DNA of 64,000 nucleotides, taken from positions 10,121 through 74,120 of the forward strand of contig NZ_CALVGT010000055.1 in assembly GCF_944327175.1 (NCBI RefSeq), read 5' to 3'. Positions 32,441-41,024 of this stretch are shown in pieces (position 1 is the stretch's first letter; the number at the start of each line of letters is the position of its first letter). This DNA comes from an uncultured Lactobacillus sp. GTDB taxonomy: Bacteria > Bacillota > Bacilli > Lactobacillales > Lactobacillaceae. The notes beneath the pieces are model-generated. The model did not search any database, was not told where the DNA came from, and worked only from the letters and a program-made list of their open reading frames with translations. The position numbers and the translations under genes are program-made.

Positions 32441-32512
32441 TGCGTTATAGCCAAGTGGTAAGGCAACGGTTTTTGGTACCGTCATGCGCTGGTTCGAATC
32501 CAGCTAACGCAA
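32441..32512 (+). tRNA. tRNA-Gln (anticodon TTG), identical to the copy at 29369-29440
   Basis: 72/72 nt identical to the first copy. Confidence 0.92.
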
Positions 32513-32540
32513 TTGTTCTAAAGAACACCCAACCCGAAAG

Positions 32541-32574
32541 AAGAGCTTCTGACTGAGTCAGGAGCTCTTTTTTT
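32541..32574 (+). terminator. Intrinsic terminator after the tRNA pair
   Basis: AAGAGCTTCTGA ctgag TCAGGAGCTCTT followed by a T-run. Confidence 0.8.
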
Positions 32575-32802
32575 GTCCCAAGCAAAAGAAAAGCAATTTT
32601 TGGCCAGGGGAAATGCTTAAAAATAGATGAGAAAGGTTACTTTCAGAGAAAATGTCTTTCTTTCATAAGTAATGATGTACATTCTTAGTATTACTTGCTA
32701 TACTAAAAACTAAGTTGTTGGTTACTTTTAGTAAGTTCAAGAAGTATAAATGCAAGTAAGATTAGATTGGATAGATTAAGTAAAATTTCGGGAGGCAAGA
32801 AA

Positions 32803-34410
32803 TTGCATAAGAAGAGGATTGTGTCAGTAACGCTTTTAGCTACGGCGGCGCTTTTGACGGCCTGCGGGCAAAACAAGGAGGCTTCCAGCTCCAAGCAGGT
32901 GATGAAGACAGCCGTGACCGGTGAAATCAGCACCCTGGACTCCAGCAAGTACGGGGACACTGTCAGCTCTGAAACCCTGCAGAACTCCATGGAAGGGCTC
33001 TACCGTTTTGATAAAAAGGGGCAGGCCCAGTTGGCCGGGGCGGTCAAGGTGACCAAGTCCAAGGACCAGAAGGTTTACACCTTTACCCTTAGAAAAAACG
33101 CCAAGTGGTCCAACGGGGATCCGGTAACGGCCCAGGACTACGTCACTGCCTGGCGGCGAACAGTTGACCCCAAGAACGATTCCCTGGACAGCGACAGCTA
33201 CCAGGTGATCAAGAACGGGACGGACATCGTAGCTGGCAAGAAGAAGGTGTCCAGCCTGGGCATCAAGGCCTTGGGCAAGTACAAGCTGCAGATTACCCTA
33301 GAAAACCCGATCCAGTATTTGCCGGACCTCTTGACTGGGGCCCAGTTCTACCCGCAGGACACGAAGATCGTCAAAAAGTACGGGTCTAGCTACGGGACCA
33401 GCTCTAGCAAGCTGGTTTACAACGGACCATTTACTGTCAGCCAGTGGACCGGATCCAACCTCAAGTGGACTTTGAAGAAGAACAAGACTTACTGGAATGC
33501 CAAGTCAGTCAGCTTGAGCGCGGTCAAGGTCCAGGTCATCAAGACCACCTCTACCGGCCTCAACCTCTACAAGGGCGGGCAGCTGGACTACGCGCCAGTT
33601 GATGCTGACTACGTCAAGCAGTATGAAAAGAATGCTGACTACCACACTAAGACTACGCCAACTAACGGCTACATGGTCTTTAACACCAAGCGTAAGACCA
33701 CCGGTAATGTCCACGTCCGCCGGGCAATCAGCCTGGGCGTGAACAAGCAGGAATTGGTGAAGACGGTCTTGCACTCGGGCAAGGCTGCCCAAGGCCTGGT
33801 AGCCAGTGACTTCATCTATGATGAAAGCGGCAAGGACTACCGGACCAGTGCCGGCAAGCTGATGACCTACAATTTAAAGCAAGCTCAAAAGGAATGGGCT
33901 TTGGCCAAAAAGCAGCTGGGCAAGTCCAAGATCACGATTGAGCTTTTAACCAGTGATATGGATGCGTCTAAGCGGGTAGGTGAATACCTGCAGAGCAACT
34001 TGATGGAGAACCTGCCGGGCTTGACCGTTAAATTGCGGTCAATTCCACTGAAGTCCCGCCTGGCGGACACGACCAAGCATAACTTTGACATGGTTTACGG
34101 GACTTGGCAGCCAAGCTTCCAGGACCCGATCGACTACTTGACCATCGGTGGCCTCTTCAACCTGGAAACTGACTACAAGAACAGCACTTTCTGGAAGGAA
34201 ATCAACCAGGCGAAGAGCACTTACGCCACCCAGCCAGCCAAGCGACAGGCCAGCTTGATCGCTGCTGAAAAGCAATTGATCCAAAAGGATGCTTTCGCGG
34301 CACCACTCTACCAAGCCGGGGTTTCCTACCTGCTTAAGTCCAAGGTGACCGGCTTCCGCCTGTCTCCTTACGGGACTGTTGCCTACTACTGGGACATCAA
34401 GATTAAATAA
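32803..34410 (+). CDS. Peptide/oligopeptide ABC transporter substrate-binding lipoprotein (family 5, OppA-like), orphan (start TTG 32803)
   Basis: Lipobox LLTAC-G. About 535 aa of SBP_bac_5-like sequence. GGGAGG RBS 7 nt before the TTG. No permease or ATPase genes are adjacent. Confidence 0.85.
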   Translation: MHKKRIVSVTLLATAALLTACGQNKEASSSKQVMKTAVTGEISTLDSSKYGDTVSSETLQNSMEGLYRFDKKGQAQLAGAVKVTKSKDQKVYTFTLRKNAKWSNGDPVTAQDYVTAWRRTVDPKNDSLDSDSYQVIKNGTDIVAGKKKVSSLGIKALGKYKLQITLENPIQYLPDLLTGAQFYPQDTKIVKKYGSSYGTSSSKLVYNGPFTVSQWTGSNLKWTLKKNKTYWNAKSVSLSAVKVQVIKTTSTGLNLYKGGQLDYAPVDADYVKQYEKNADYHTKTTPTNGYMVFNTKRKTTGNVHVRRAISLGVNKQELVKTVLHSGKAAQGLVASDFIYDESGKDYRTSAGKLMTYNLKQAQKEWALAKKQLGKSKITIELLTSDMDASKRVGEYLQSNLMENLPGLTVKLRSIPLKSRLADTTKHNFDMVYGTWQPSFQDPIDYLTIGGLFNLETDYKNSTFWKEINQAKSTYATQPAKRQASLIAAEKQLIQKDAFAAPLYQAGVSYLLKSKVTGFRLSPYGTVAYYWDIKIK

Positions 34411-34432
34411 AACAAGTTCTAAGCCGGTAAAA

Positions 34433-34476
34433 GCTGCCAGTTTCTCTCAATAAGGAAGAAACTGACGGCTTTTTTT
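34433..34476 (+). terminator. Intrinsic terminator after the OppA-like gene
   Basis: GCTGCCAGTTTCT ... AGAAACTGACGGC followed by T7. Confidence 0.8.
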
Positions 34477-34557
34477 GCGAAAAAAAGAAGCATTCTGCAA
34501 CTATTTTGCCCGTATAGCGGGTACAATAGTATTTAGTTTTTTGACCAGGAGGCGGAC

Positions 34558-35670
34558 ATGAGCAAATACATCAAAGTTGGCAGCGGCGGTGGTGAAGTGA
34601 CCTGGCACCGGGCCATGCTCGACATGGAGCCGGGGGACTATCTGCTGCTGGAGCCCGGCTATTACGTTTGGCCCCGGGGCCGGCTATTAGAAGACGTGAC
34701 CATCAAGGGCCTGGGGGCCAGTCCGGAAGACACCCGGATCCGCAGCTTTTTCTCAATCGGGAAAAACAGCTCCCGGGTGGTTTTTGAAAACTTGACTCTG
34801 GAACCTTACGGGGACGTAAATACCCTGGATTTGCCGGAAGAGACCAACAGCTACCTGATCCTGCGCGGCTGCGTCTTGACCGGGACCGGCAGCATGACGA
34901 CTACGATTTCCGTCAACGGCCAGGACACGGTGGAAATGTACTCCTGCCGCCTGCTCAACGGGACCCTGTCCTTTTTTGAAAAAGCCAATTTCCGCCTGGA
35001 AATGGCGGACTGCCTGCTGGACTATGAATCAGAAAAATTCGGCACCATCTCTTTGGAAGGGACCGGGACGGCCATCATTAATAATTCCGAGATCCGGGGG
35101 ACGGTCAACAGCTTTGATTCCAGCAACATCGAATTAAACATCAATAACTCCGCCATCGGCAACCTTAACTTAGGCGGCAAGAGCTGGGTTAATGTCTACG
35201 CCTGCCGTTTTCTTAACCGGGACTACAGCCTTTATGCCCGGGGCGAATGCTGGCTGAACATCCTGGAGAGCCAAATGCCTAGCCAATTGGCCATCGAAGA
35301 CCACTGCCACTTGCTAATGCAGAACAGCCAGCTCTACAGTTTCCAGGCCAGAGGGGAGAGCCAGAGCTTTTTATCCAATGTCCAGATCGCGGCCGCGGTC
35401 AGCCTGGAAGGCAAAAGCTTCCTGGAAGGCAGCTTAGTGACCTTCTCCGGCAACGGCGACTACCCTTACTTCATCTTCCTGGTCGACCAGGCGGTATTGA
35501 AGGGGCGGAACCTGCAATTTGACCCGCAGAACTGGCCGGTTTTGGTAGACAATGATGCCCGCTTAGTGGCCAATGCCCTTTATTACCAGGGGGCGCCACT
35601 GGAAATCAAGTGTGAGCATCCGGAAAATATCTCTTTGATGGGGATCAAGTGGACTGAACGGAAGGAATAG
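34558..35670 (+). CDS. Cytoplasmic right-handed parallel beta-helix repeat protein A (function unknown)
   Basis: 370 aa, no signal peptide or TM segment. N-terminal cap motif W..A....EPGDYLLLEPGYY...VTIKG, typical of pectate-lyase-fold proteins. This is followed by about 11 repeats of roughly 22-25 aa (LILRGCVL, VEMYSCRLL, LEMADCLL, INNSEIRG, NINNSAIG, VYACRFL ...). AGGAGG RBS upstream. Confidence 0.7.
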   Translation: MSKYIKVGSGGGEVTWHRAMLDMEPGDYLLLEPGYYVWPRGRLLEDVTIKGLGASPEDTRIRSFFSIGKNSSRVVFENLTLEPYGDVNTLDLPEETNSYLILRGCVLTGTGSMTTTISVNGQDTVEMYSCRLLNGTLSFFEKANFRLEMADCLLDYESEKFGTISLEGTGTAIINNSEIRGTVNSFDSSNIELNINNSAIGNLNLGGKSWVNVYACRFLNRDYSLYARGECWLNILESQMPSQLAIEDHCHLLMQNSQLYSFQARGESQSFLSNVQIAAAVSLEGKSFLEGSLVTFSGNGDYPYFIFLVDQAVLKGRNLQFDPQNWPVLVDNDARLVANALYYQGAPLEIKCEHPENISLMGIKWTERKE

Positions 35671-35682
35671 AAAGGAGCCACC

Positions 35683-36738
35683 ATGCGCTTAATCAAAGTA
35701 AGCCAGGACCCCCGGGACTTGTCCTGGGAGCAAGCTTTAGACCAGCTGGAAGACGATGACGTGCTCATGCTGGCTCCCGGCTTTTATCAAATTCCTTTTG
35801 GGAAAAAGCTGAAGAACATCGTGATCAAGGGGACGGGGACAGCTCCAGATATGACGACACTGGTTGGCACGGTCATCCTGGATGGCCGCTATTTGACCCT
35901 GGAAAACCTGGCCGTCAAGACCAAGGCAATTGCCGGGGCCCTGGTCAGAGTTGACGAAGGAGAAAATGCTCCTTACCTGACCCTGCGCGGCTGCCGGCTG
36001 GAAGCAGCAGACACGGCTCTCATGACCCAGGGACCGGTCTGGCTGGAACTTTACTCCTGCCAGGTCAAAGGGGTAATCCGCCTGGTTGGCGATAAGGAGC
36101 AGCATGTCCAGATCTCTTCCAGTGAAATCGCGGCAACTCCAGCTGCTTTTACCGGCAATGGCTTTGGCCTATTAGCCATCAGCCAGTCCCAGATCAAGGG
36201 GGATTTTGTCCTGGAGGAAAGTTCGGCCTATGAAGGGCACTTTGACCAGACGGCTTTTGACCAAGTGACCAGCTTGAGCGAAGGAAACGACCTTTACGTC
36301 ACTGAGTCTGCCCTGTCTTTAACTCTGAAAAACGGCCAGGCAGACCTTTTGAACTGCGACTTGCCGGGGACAGCCCTTTTGGAAAAAGCCAAATCAGCTG
36401 CTTTCCAAAACTGCACTTTTAAACAATTCAAGCAGGTCAGCGGGAGCAGCAACTTAACCAACTGCCACTTGGAGGTAGGGGAAATCATGGGCCAGGGCAA
36501 GGCTTTTTTTTGCCGGCCGCACTTTTCCTGCAGCGAAGGCACTTGGCTTAGCCTAAGTGGCTCAGTCCAGGTCCGCCTGCAGGATGCCCTCTTAAACGTG
36601 GCTGGCAGCCACTTGCGCCTGGCCGACAAAGCCGGAATCTTGGGTAATATTTTGGAGAGCGACCAGGACCAGCTACTGGTCAAGCAGACTGGCCGGGGCA
36701 AGGTAAAATTGACGGGAATTAAATGTAAACTTGTCTAA
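35683..36738 (+). CDS. Cytoplasmic right-handed parallel beta-helix repeat protein B (paralog of A)
   Basis: 351 aa. It has the same N-terminal cap (W..AL..LEDDDVLMLAPGFY...IVIKGTG), the same repeat pattern (LTLRGCRLE, LELYSCQVK, LLNCDLP, FQNCTFK, LTNCHLE) and a homologous C-terminus (TGIKCKLV versus MGIKWTERK). It starts 12 nt after A, with an AAAGGAG RBS. Confidence 0.7.
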   Translation: MRLIKVSQDPRDLSWEQALDQLEDDDVLMLAPGFYQIPFGKKLKNIVIKGTGTAPDMTTLVGTVILDGRYLTLENLAVKTKAIAGALVRVDEGENAPYLTLRGCRLEAADTALMTQGPVWLELYSCQVKGVIRLVGDKEQHVQISSSEIAATPAAFTGNGFGLLAISQSQIKGDFVLEESSAYEGHFDQTAFDQVTSLSEGNDLYVTESALSLTLKNGQADLLNCDLPGTALLEKAKSAAFQNCTFKQFKQVSGSSNLTNCHLEVGEIMGQGKAFFCRPHFSCSEGTWLSLSGSVQVRLQDALLNVAGSHLRLADKAGILGNILESDQDQLLVKQTGRGKVKLTGIKCKLV

Positions 36739-36804
36739 AGGCCGCCTTTTGCTATAGAATTTAATTAAGATCCAAGCTTGATGATTCTGTGGGGGGACAG
36801 ACCG

Positions 36805-37506
36805 ATGCAAGAACCAATGTACATCAAAATTCACAACCAGCTGCGCCGGGACATTGAAAACCATGTCTACCAGGTGGGGGACCGGATTCCAGCCGAACGG
36901 CAGCTGGCCGAGCAGTTCAAGGTGTCGCGAATGACCCTGCGTCAGGCCATCAAGACCCTGGAAGAAGAAGGGATTTTGGAAAGACGGCTGGGCAGCGGGA
37001 CTTACGTGGCCAGCCAGAAGGTCCAGGAAAAGATGTCCGGGATCATGTCCTTTACTGAGATTACCCGGGCCAACGGGCAGACCCCGTCCAGCAAACTGGT
37101 GTCTTACAAGATCACCCAGCCTTCCCTGTCTGAAAAGGAGCGGCTGGCCCTTGAAGGCGGCGACAAGGTTCTGCGCATGGAGCGGATCCGCTATGCCGAC
37201 CAGGTGCCAATCTGCCATGAAATCGTGACGGTGCCAGAAGACCTGATCGCGGCTTTTGCCAAAGAAGACGTGTCAAGCCACCTTTACCAGACCTTGGAAA
37301 AGCAGGGGGGCTACCAGATTGGGGATGCAACTGAGTATATCTCAGCCACTGTCGCCAATGAACAGGAGGCCCGCCTGCTCAATTGCCGCCGTGGGGAAGC
37401 CTTGATTACCCGCCGGCAGGTCACCAAACTGGCCGATGGCCGGCCCTTTGAATACACGCGGGCTTCATACGTGGGTGAGCGCTTCGAATTTACTTTCAGC
37501 AAATAG
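36805..37506 (+). CDS. GntR-family transcriptional regulator, HutC subfamily (wHTH plus UTRA domain) (start ATG 36805)
   Basis: IPAERQLAEQFKVSRMTLRQAIKTLEEEGILERRLGSGTYV is a typical GntR wHTH, and the C-terminal half is UTRA-like. GGGGGGA RBS 7 nt upstream. Confidence 0.88.
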   Translation: MQEPMYIKIHNQLRRDIENHVYQVGDRIPAERQLAEQFKVSRMTLRQAIKTLEEEGILERRLGSGTYVASQKVQEKMSGIMSFTEITRANGQTPSSKLVSYKITQPSLSEKERLALEGGDKVLRMERIRYADQVPICHEIVTVPEDLIAAFAKEDVSSHLYQTLEKQGGYQIGDATEYISATVANEQEARLLNCRRGEALITRRQVTKLADGRPFEYTRASYVGERFEFTFSK

Positions 37507-37537
37507 CCAGCTGGATAGCTGAATAAGAGAATGACAA

Positions 37538-37565
37538 AGAGACAGGTTCAGTCCTGCCTCTTTTT
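37538..37565 (+). terminator. Intrinsic terminator after the gntR-like gene
   Basis: AGAGACAGG ttcagt CCTGCCTCT followed by T5. Confidence 0.65.
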
Positions 37566-37668
37566 GCTTCCTTTAAAAAAGGGCAAAAGATGGAACTTGC
37601 TTTTGGCGGCAGGGGGCGAATTTGCTAAAATGGACTTGATACTATTAGCTAATGATTAACGAGGCACT

Positions 37669-38808
37669 ATGAAAAGCATACTATTCCGCCTATATCTGGC
37701 AGTCATGAAATTTTTGGCCCGCTGGCAAAAAGAAGACCCCAACACATACGTGATTTTGAACGGGGCCGGCCGGTCGGGGTCAAATGGCTACCTTTTTTAT
37801 AAATATCTGCGCCGCGAGCACCCGGAAGTCACGGCCTACTTGATCGAGCCCTGGCCTTCTTCCCACCTGCCCTGGTCAGACTGGCAAAAAATCGGCCGGG
37901 CCAAGTACGTCTTGACCACCCACCAGCCCTTCAAGGTCCGGAAAAGCCAGGTCAACCTGGCCCTCTGGCATGGGATTCCGCTAAAGCGGATGGGGACCAT
38001 GGCCAACAATACTCAGCGCCGGGACAACCAGAGAAATGAAAAGCTCTGGCACAAGATGGCCGACCTGGTCACCGCCAGTTCGGAACTCTATGAAAGCTTG
38101 ATGAGCGCCTGCATGGGGATTGAAGGTCCCCGCTATGTCCAGCTGGGTTTCCCCAGAATTGATTCCTTGCTCAAGTCTCCTTATAAGAAAGAACAGCTTC
38201 TGGCTGACTTTTTCTCCTGCCAGGACCCGGAGGCCCAAGTAGGGATCTATGTGCCGACTTTCCGCTATGAATTGGAAGAGCCGGAAGTGATGGAGCGGAT
38301 TAAGGAAGGGAACTTTTTTGCCTTCAGCGACTTCGACCTGGCCGCTTTAGACCAGGCCCTGGCTGCTAGAAAGCAGTACCTCCTGGTCAAGCTCCACCCT
38401 TGGGAAATGAAGCTCTTCAGCGACTTCCACTTAGCGGCCAAGCACGTGGCCTTTTTGAACAATTCCGATCTTTTGGCGAAAAAGCTGGACCTCTACGAAA
38501 TCCTGGGAGCCACCGACTTCCTCATGACCGACTTCTCTTCGATCTACTTTGACTACCTCCATTTGGACAAGCCGCTGATTTTCATCACCAACTACCTGGC
38601 CCAGTATGAAAAGACCCGGGGCTTTTTGCTGGGGCCTTATAAAAAAATCGTCCCTGGTCCCTGCGTGGCCAGCCAGGCTAACCTGGTCAAGCAGCTGGGT
38701 GAAAAAGACGGGTATGGCCTTGAGCGGAAAAAGTGGCTGGAGCTGAGCGACCAGGCCGACCACGGCCAGGCCTGCCAGACAATTTTTGATTACTTAAGCG
38801 GGGTCTGA
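37669..38808 (+). CDS. CDP-glycerol glycerophosphotransferase family protein (TagB/TagF-like)
   Basis: LWHGIPLKRMG and IYVPTFR motifs characteristic of PF04464 enzymes. Confidence 0.82.
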   Translation: MKSILFRLYLAVMKFLARWQKEDPNTYVILNGAGRSGSNGYLFYKYLRREHPEVTAYLIEPWPSSHLPWSDWQKIGRAKYVLTTHQPFKVRKSQVNLALWHGIPLKRMGTMANNTQRRDNQRNEKLWHKMADLVTASSELYESLMSACMGIEGPRYVQLGFPRIDSLLKSPYKKEQLLADFFSCQDPEAQVGIYVPTFRYELEEPEVMERIKEGNFFAFSDFDLAALDQALAARKQYLLVKLHPWEMKLFSDFHLAAKHVAFLNNSDLLAKKLDLYEILGATDFLMTDFSSIYFDYLHLDKPLIFITNYLAQYEKTRGFLLGPYKKIVPGPCVASQANLVKQLGEKDGYGLERKKWLELSDQADHGQACQTIFDYLSGV

Positions 38809-38811
38809 TCC

Positions 38812-40239
38812 TTGAAAAAAACTTTTCTGAACATCTTCTATAACGCGGTCTACCAGGTCTTCCTGGTCCTGGTGCCCTTGATCACGGTTCCTTACCTGTC
38901 CAGAGTCCTGGGCCCGACGACCTACGGGATCTATTCCAGCGTCAACAACACGGTCCAGTTTCTGATGATTTTCTGTGTCCTGTCTTTATCCAATATCGGG
39001 GTCAGAAGCATCTCTAAAGCTAGGGCCAAAAACAAGAGCGGGGAACTGACCGAGGCCTTCTGGGGCTTGTGGTACTTCCAGTTTATCGGCGGCTTGGTAA
39101 CCATCGCCTTGACTGTCTTGACCTGCTTGGCCCTCAAGGTCCGTTACTGGAACTACTTCCTGCTGATGCTGCCATACTTGATTGCCGCCCAGTTTGACAT
39201 CTCCTGGTTCTTCCAGGGCCTGGCTGATTTTGGCCGGGTGGTCTTAAGAAACACCATCGTCAAGGTCGTCAGCGTGGTCTTTATCTTGCTTTTGATCAAA
39301 AGTCCGGCTGACCTGTGGAAGTATTTCTTGATCATGTCCGTGTCTACTATGCTGGGTTCCTTTGTCTTCTGGTTCAGCATCGGCAAGTATGTCGGCCGGC
39401 CAGTCAAGCATTTCTATCATTTCGTGGAAACCCGCCGGGCGATCATGACCTTGATGATTCCCCAGATCGCGACCCAGATTTACACTTCCTTGGACAAGCC
39501 CCTTTTGGGCCTCTTCCAAAATACGGCCCAGGTCTCTTACTATGATAATTCCCAGCGGATTTCCAACATGATCCTGGGGGTTATCACCAGTATTTCTCTG
39601 GTCATCATGCCACAGATGGCGGTCCAGGGGAAGGAAACCCAGAAGAAGGTCTTGAAGAAGTCCCTGGAAGCCACGACCATGCTGGGAACCATGTTTGCCA
39701 TGGTGGTCATGGCCAATACCAAGGAATTCGTGCCCTTTTTCTTCGGGAAAAAATATATCCCGATGACCCCCTTGATGTTCTTCTTCACCTTGACCATCAT
39801 CTTGATCCCTATGGGCGGGGTCTTCGCCAACCAGTTTGCCCTGGCCAACAAGCGGGACAAGGACTATGCCATTCCGGTTACGATCGGGGCGGTCCTGGAG
39901 CTGGTCTTCAGCTACTTTTTGGACCGGCCTTTCGGGGCAGCAGGGGCCATGGTGGCGATCCTCTTGACTGAAGCTGTCGTTCTCTTTCTGCGCTGCTGGA
40001 TCGTGCGGGATGGTTATGACTTCAAGGAAACTTTCAGCGATGTGCCCAAGTGCTTTTTGGCCATGGGGATCAGCCTGGCGGCAGGGATGCTGTGGCCTTG
40101 GCAGATTCCAAGTGCTTTTATCAACATGACGGTCAAGTCCCTGGTCATTATAGCCTTGTACCTGGCCATTCTCTGGCTCTTGAAGTTTGACTTGAACACA
40201 GACTTGGTCACGATCGTCAAAAAGCGCTTGAAAAAATAG
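38812..40239 (+). CDS. Polysaccharide/teichoic-acid flippase of the MOP superfamily (Wzx-like)
   Basis: TTG start. 475 aa, about 14 TM. The N-terminus NAVYQVFLVLVPLITVPYLSRVLGPTTYGIYS is typical of polysaccharide biosynthesis (PST) proteins. Confidence 0.8.
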   Translation: MKKTFLNIFYNAVYQVFLVLVPLITVPYLSRVLGPTTYGIYSSVNNTVQFLMIFCVLSLSNIGVRSISKARAKNKSGELTEAFWGLWYFQFIGGLVTIALTVLTCLALKVRYWNYFLLMLPYLIAAQFDISWFFQGLADFGRVVLRNTIVKVVSVVFILLLIKSPADLWKYFLIMSVSTMLGSFVFWFSIGKYVGRPVKHFYHFVETRRAIMTLMIPQIATQIYTSLDKPLLGLFQNTAQVSYYDNSQRISNMILGVITSISLVIMPQMAVQGKETQKKVLKKSLEATTMLGTMFAMVVMANTKEFVPFFFGKKYIPMTPLMFFFTLTIILIPMGGVFANQFALANKRDKDYAIPVTIGAVLELVFSYFLDRPFGAAGAMVAILLTEAVVLFLRCWIVRDGYDFKETFSDVPKCFLAMGISLAAGMLWPWQIPSAFINMTVKSLVIIALYLAILWLLKFDLNTDLVTIVKKRLKK

Positions 40240-40289
40240 CTACTAATAAGGAAGAAATCAGCAAAAATAAACAAAGAAAGCGTGTAAGC

Positions 40290-41024
40290 ATGGTAAAAAT
40301 CAATATTTTGGGCGTTGGCTTCGACAAGTACAGCCTGGCGGAATTTGAAGCCCGCTTTTTGGACCGCTTGCGGAAAAAAGAATCCACCCTGGTGGTCACG
40401 GCCAACCCGGAAATCGTCATGGCCGCTAAAGAAGATCCGGAATACCGGGAAATCATCAACAATGTGGCGGATTACGTAACGGCTGACGGGATCGGCATCA
40501 TCAAGGGGGCCAAGATGCTAGGGATGAAGCTGCCGGAGAGAGTAACCGGCTACGACCTCTTTTGCTGGTACCTGCAAATCGCCAATGAAGACCACTTGCG
40601 GGTCTACCTGATTGGGGCCAAGCTAGCCGTAATCGCTGCCGTTAAGGAAAAAATCGCCAAGGACTACCCGGGCATCGACTTAGTCGGCGCTGAGGATGGC
40701 TACTCCCAAGATGCCCTGCCGGAAATTGCCAGCCGGATCGCCCAAAGCAGGCCCGACCTGGTCTTCGCGGCTCTGGGCTTTCCTAAGCAGGAGAAGCTCC
40801 TGGCCATCTTGCGCAAGCAAAACTTGCCAGCTAGCATGATGGGGGTGGGCGGCAGCTTTGACGTCTTCGCCGGCGCCGTCAAGCGGGCACCGAAGCTCTT
40901 CCAGGATGCCCACTTGGAATGGTTCTACCGGCTCTTGAAGGAACCAAGCCGGATCGGCCGGATGATGGTTTTGCCAAAATTCGTCGTGGAAGTTAAAAAG
41001 AGCAAGAAGCGGGACAAGCAATAA
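40290..41024 (+). CDS. tagA: WecB/TagA/CpsF-family glycosyltransferase (N-acetylmannosaminyltransferase-like)
   Basis: 244 aa. INILGVGFD...VVTANPEIVM...GFPKQE pattern of the GT26 family. Confidence 0.8.
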   Translation: MVKINILGVGFDKYSLAEFEARFLDRLRKKESTLVVTANPEIVMAAKEDPEYREIINNVADYVTADGIGIIKGAKMLGMKLPERVTGYDLFCWYLQIANEDHLRVYLIGAKLAVIAAVKEKIAKDYPGIDLVGAEDGYSQDALPEIASRIAQSRPDLVFAALGFPKQEKLLAILRKQNLPASMMGVGGSFDVFAGAVKRAPKLFQDAHLEWFYRLLKEPSRIGRMMVLPKFVVEVKKSKKRDKQ

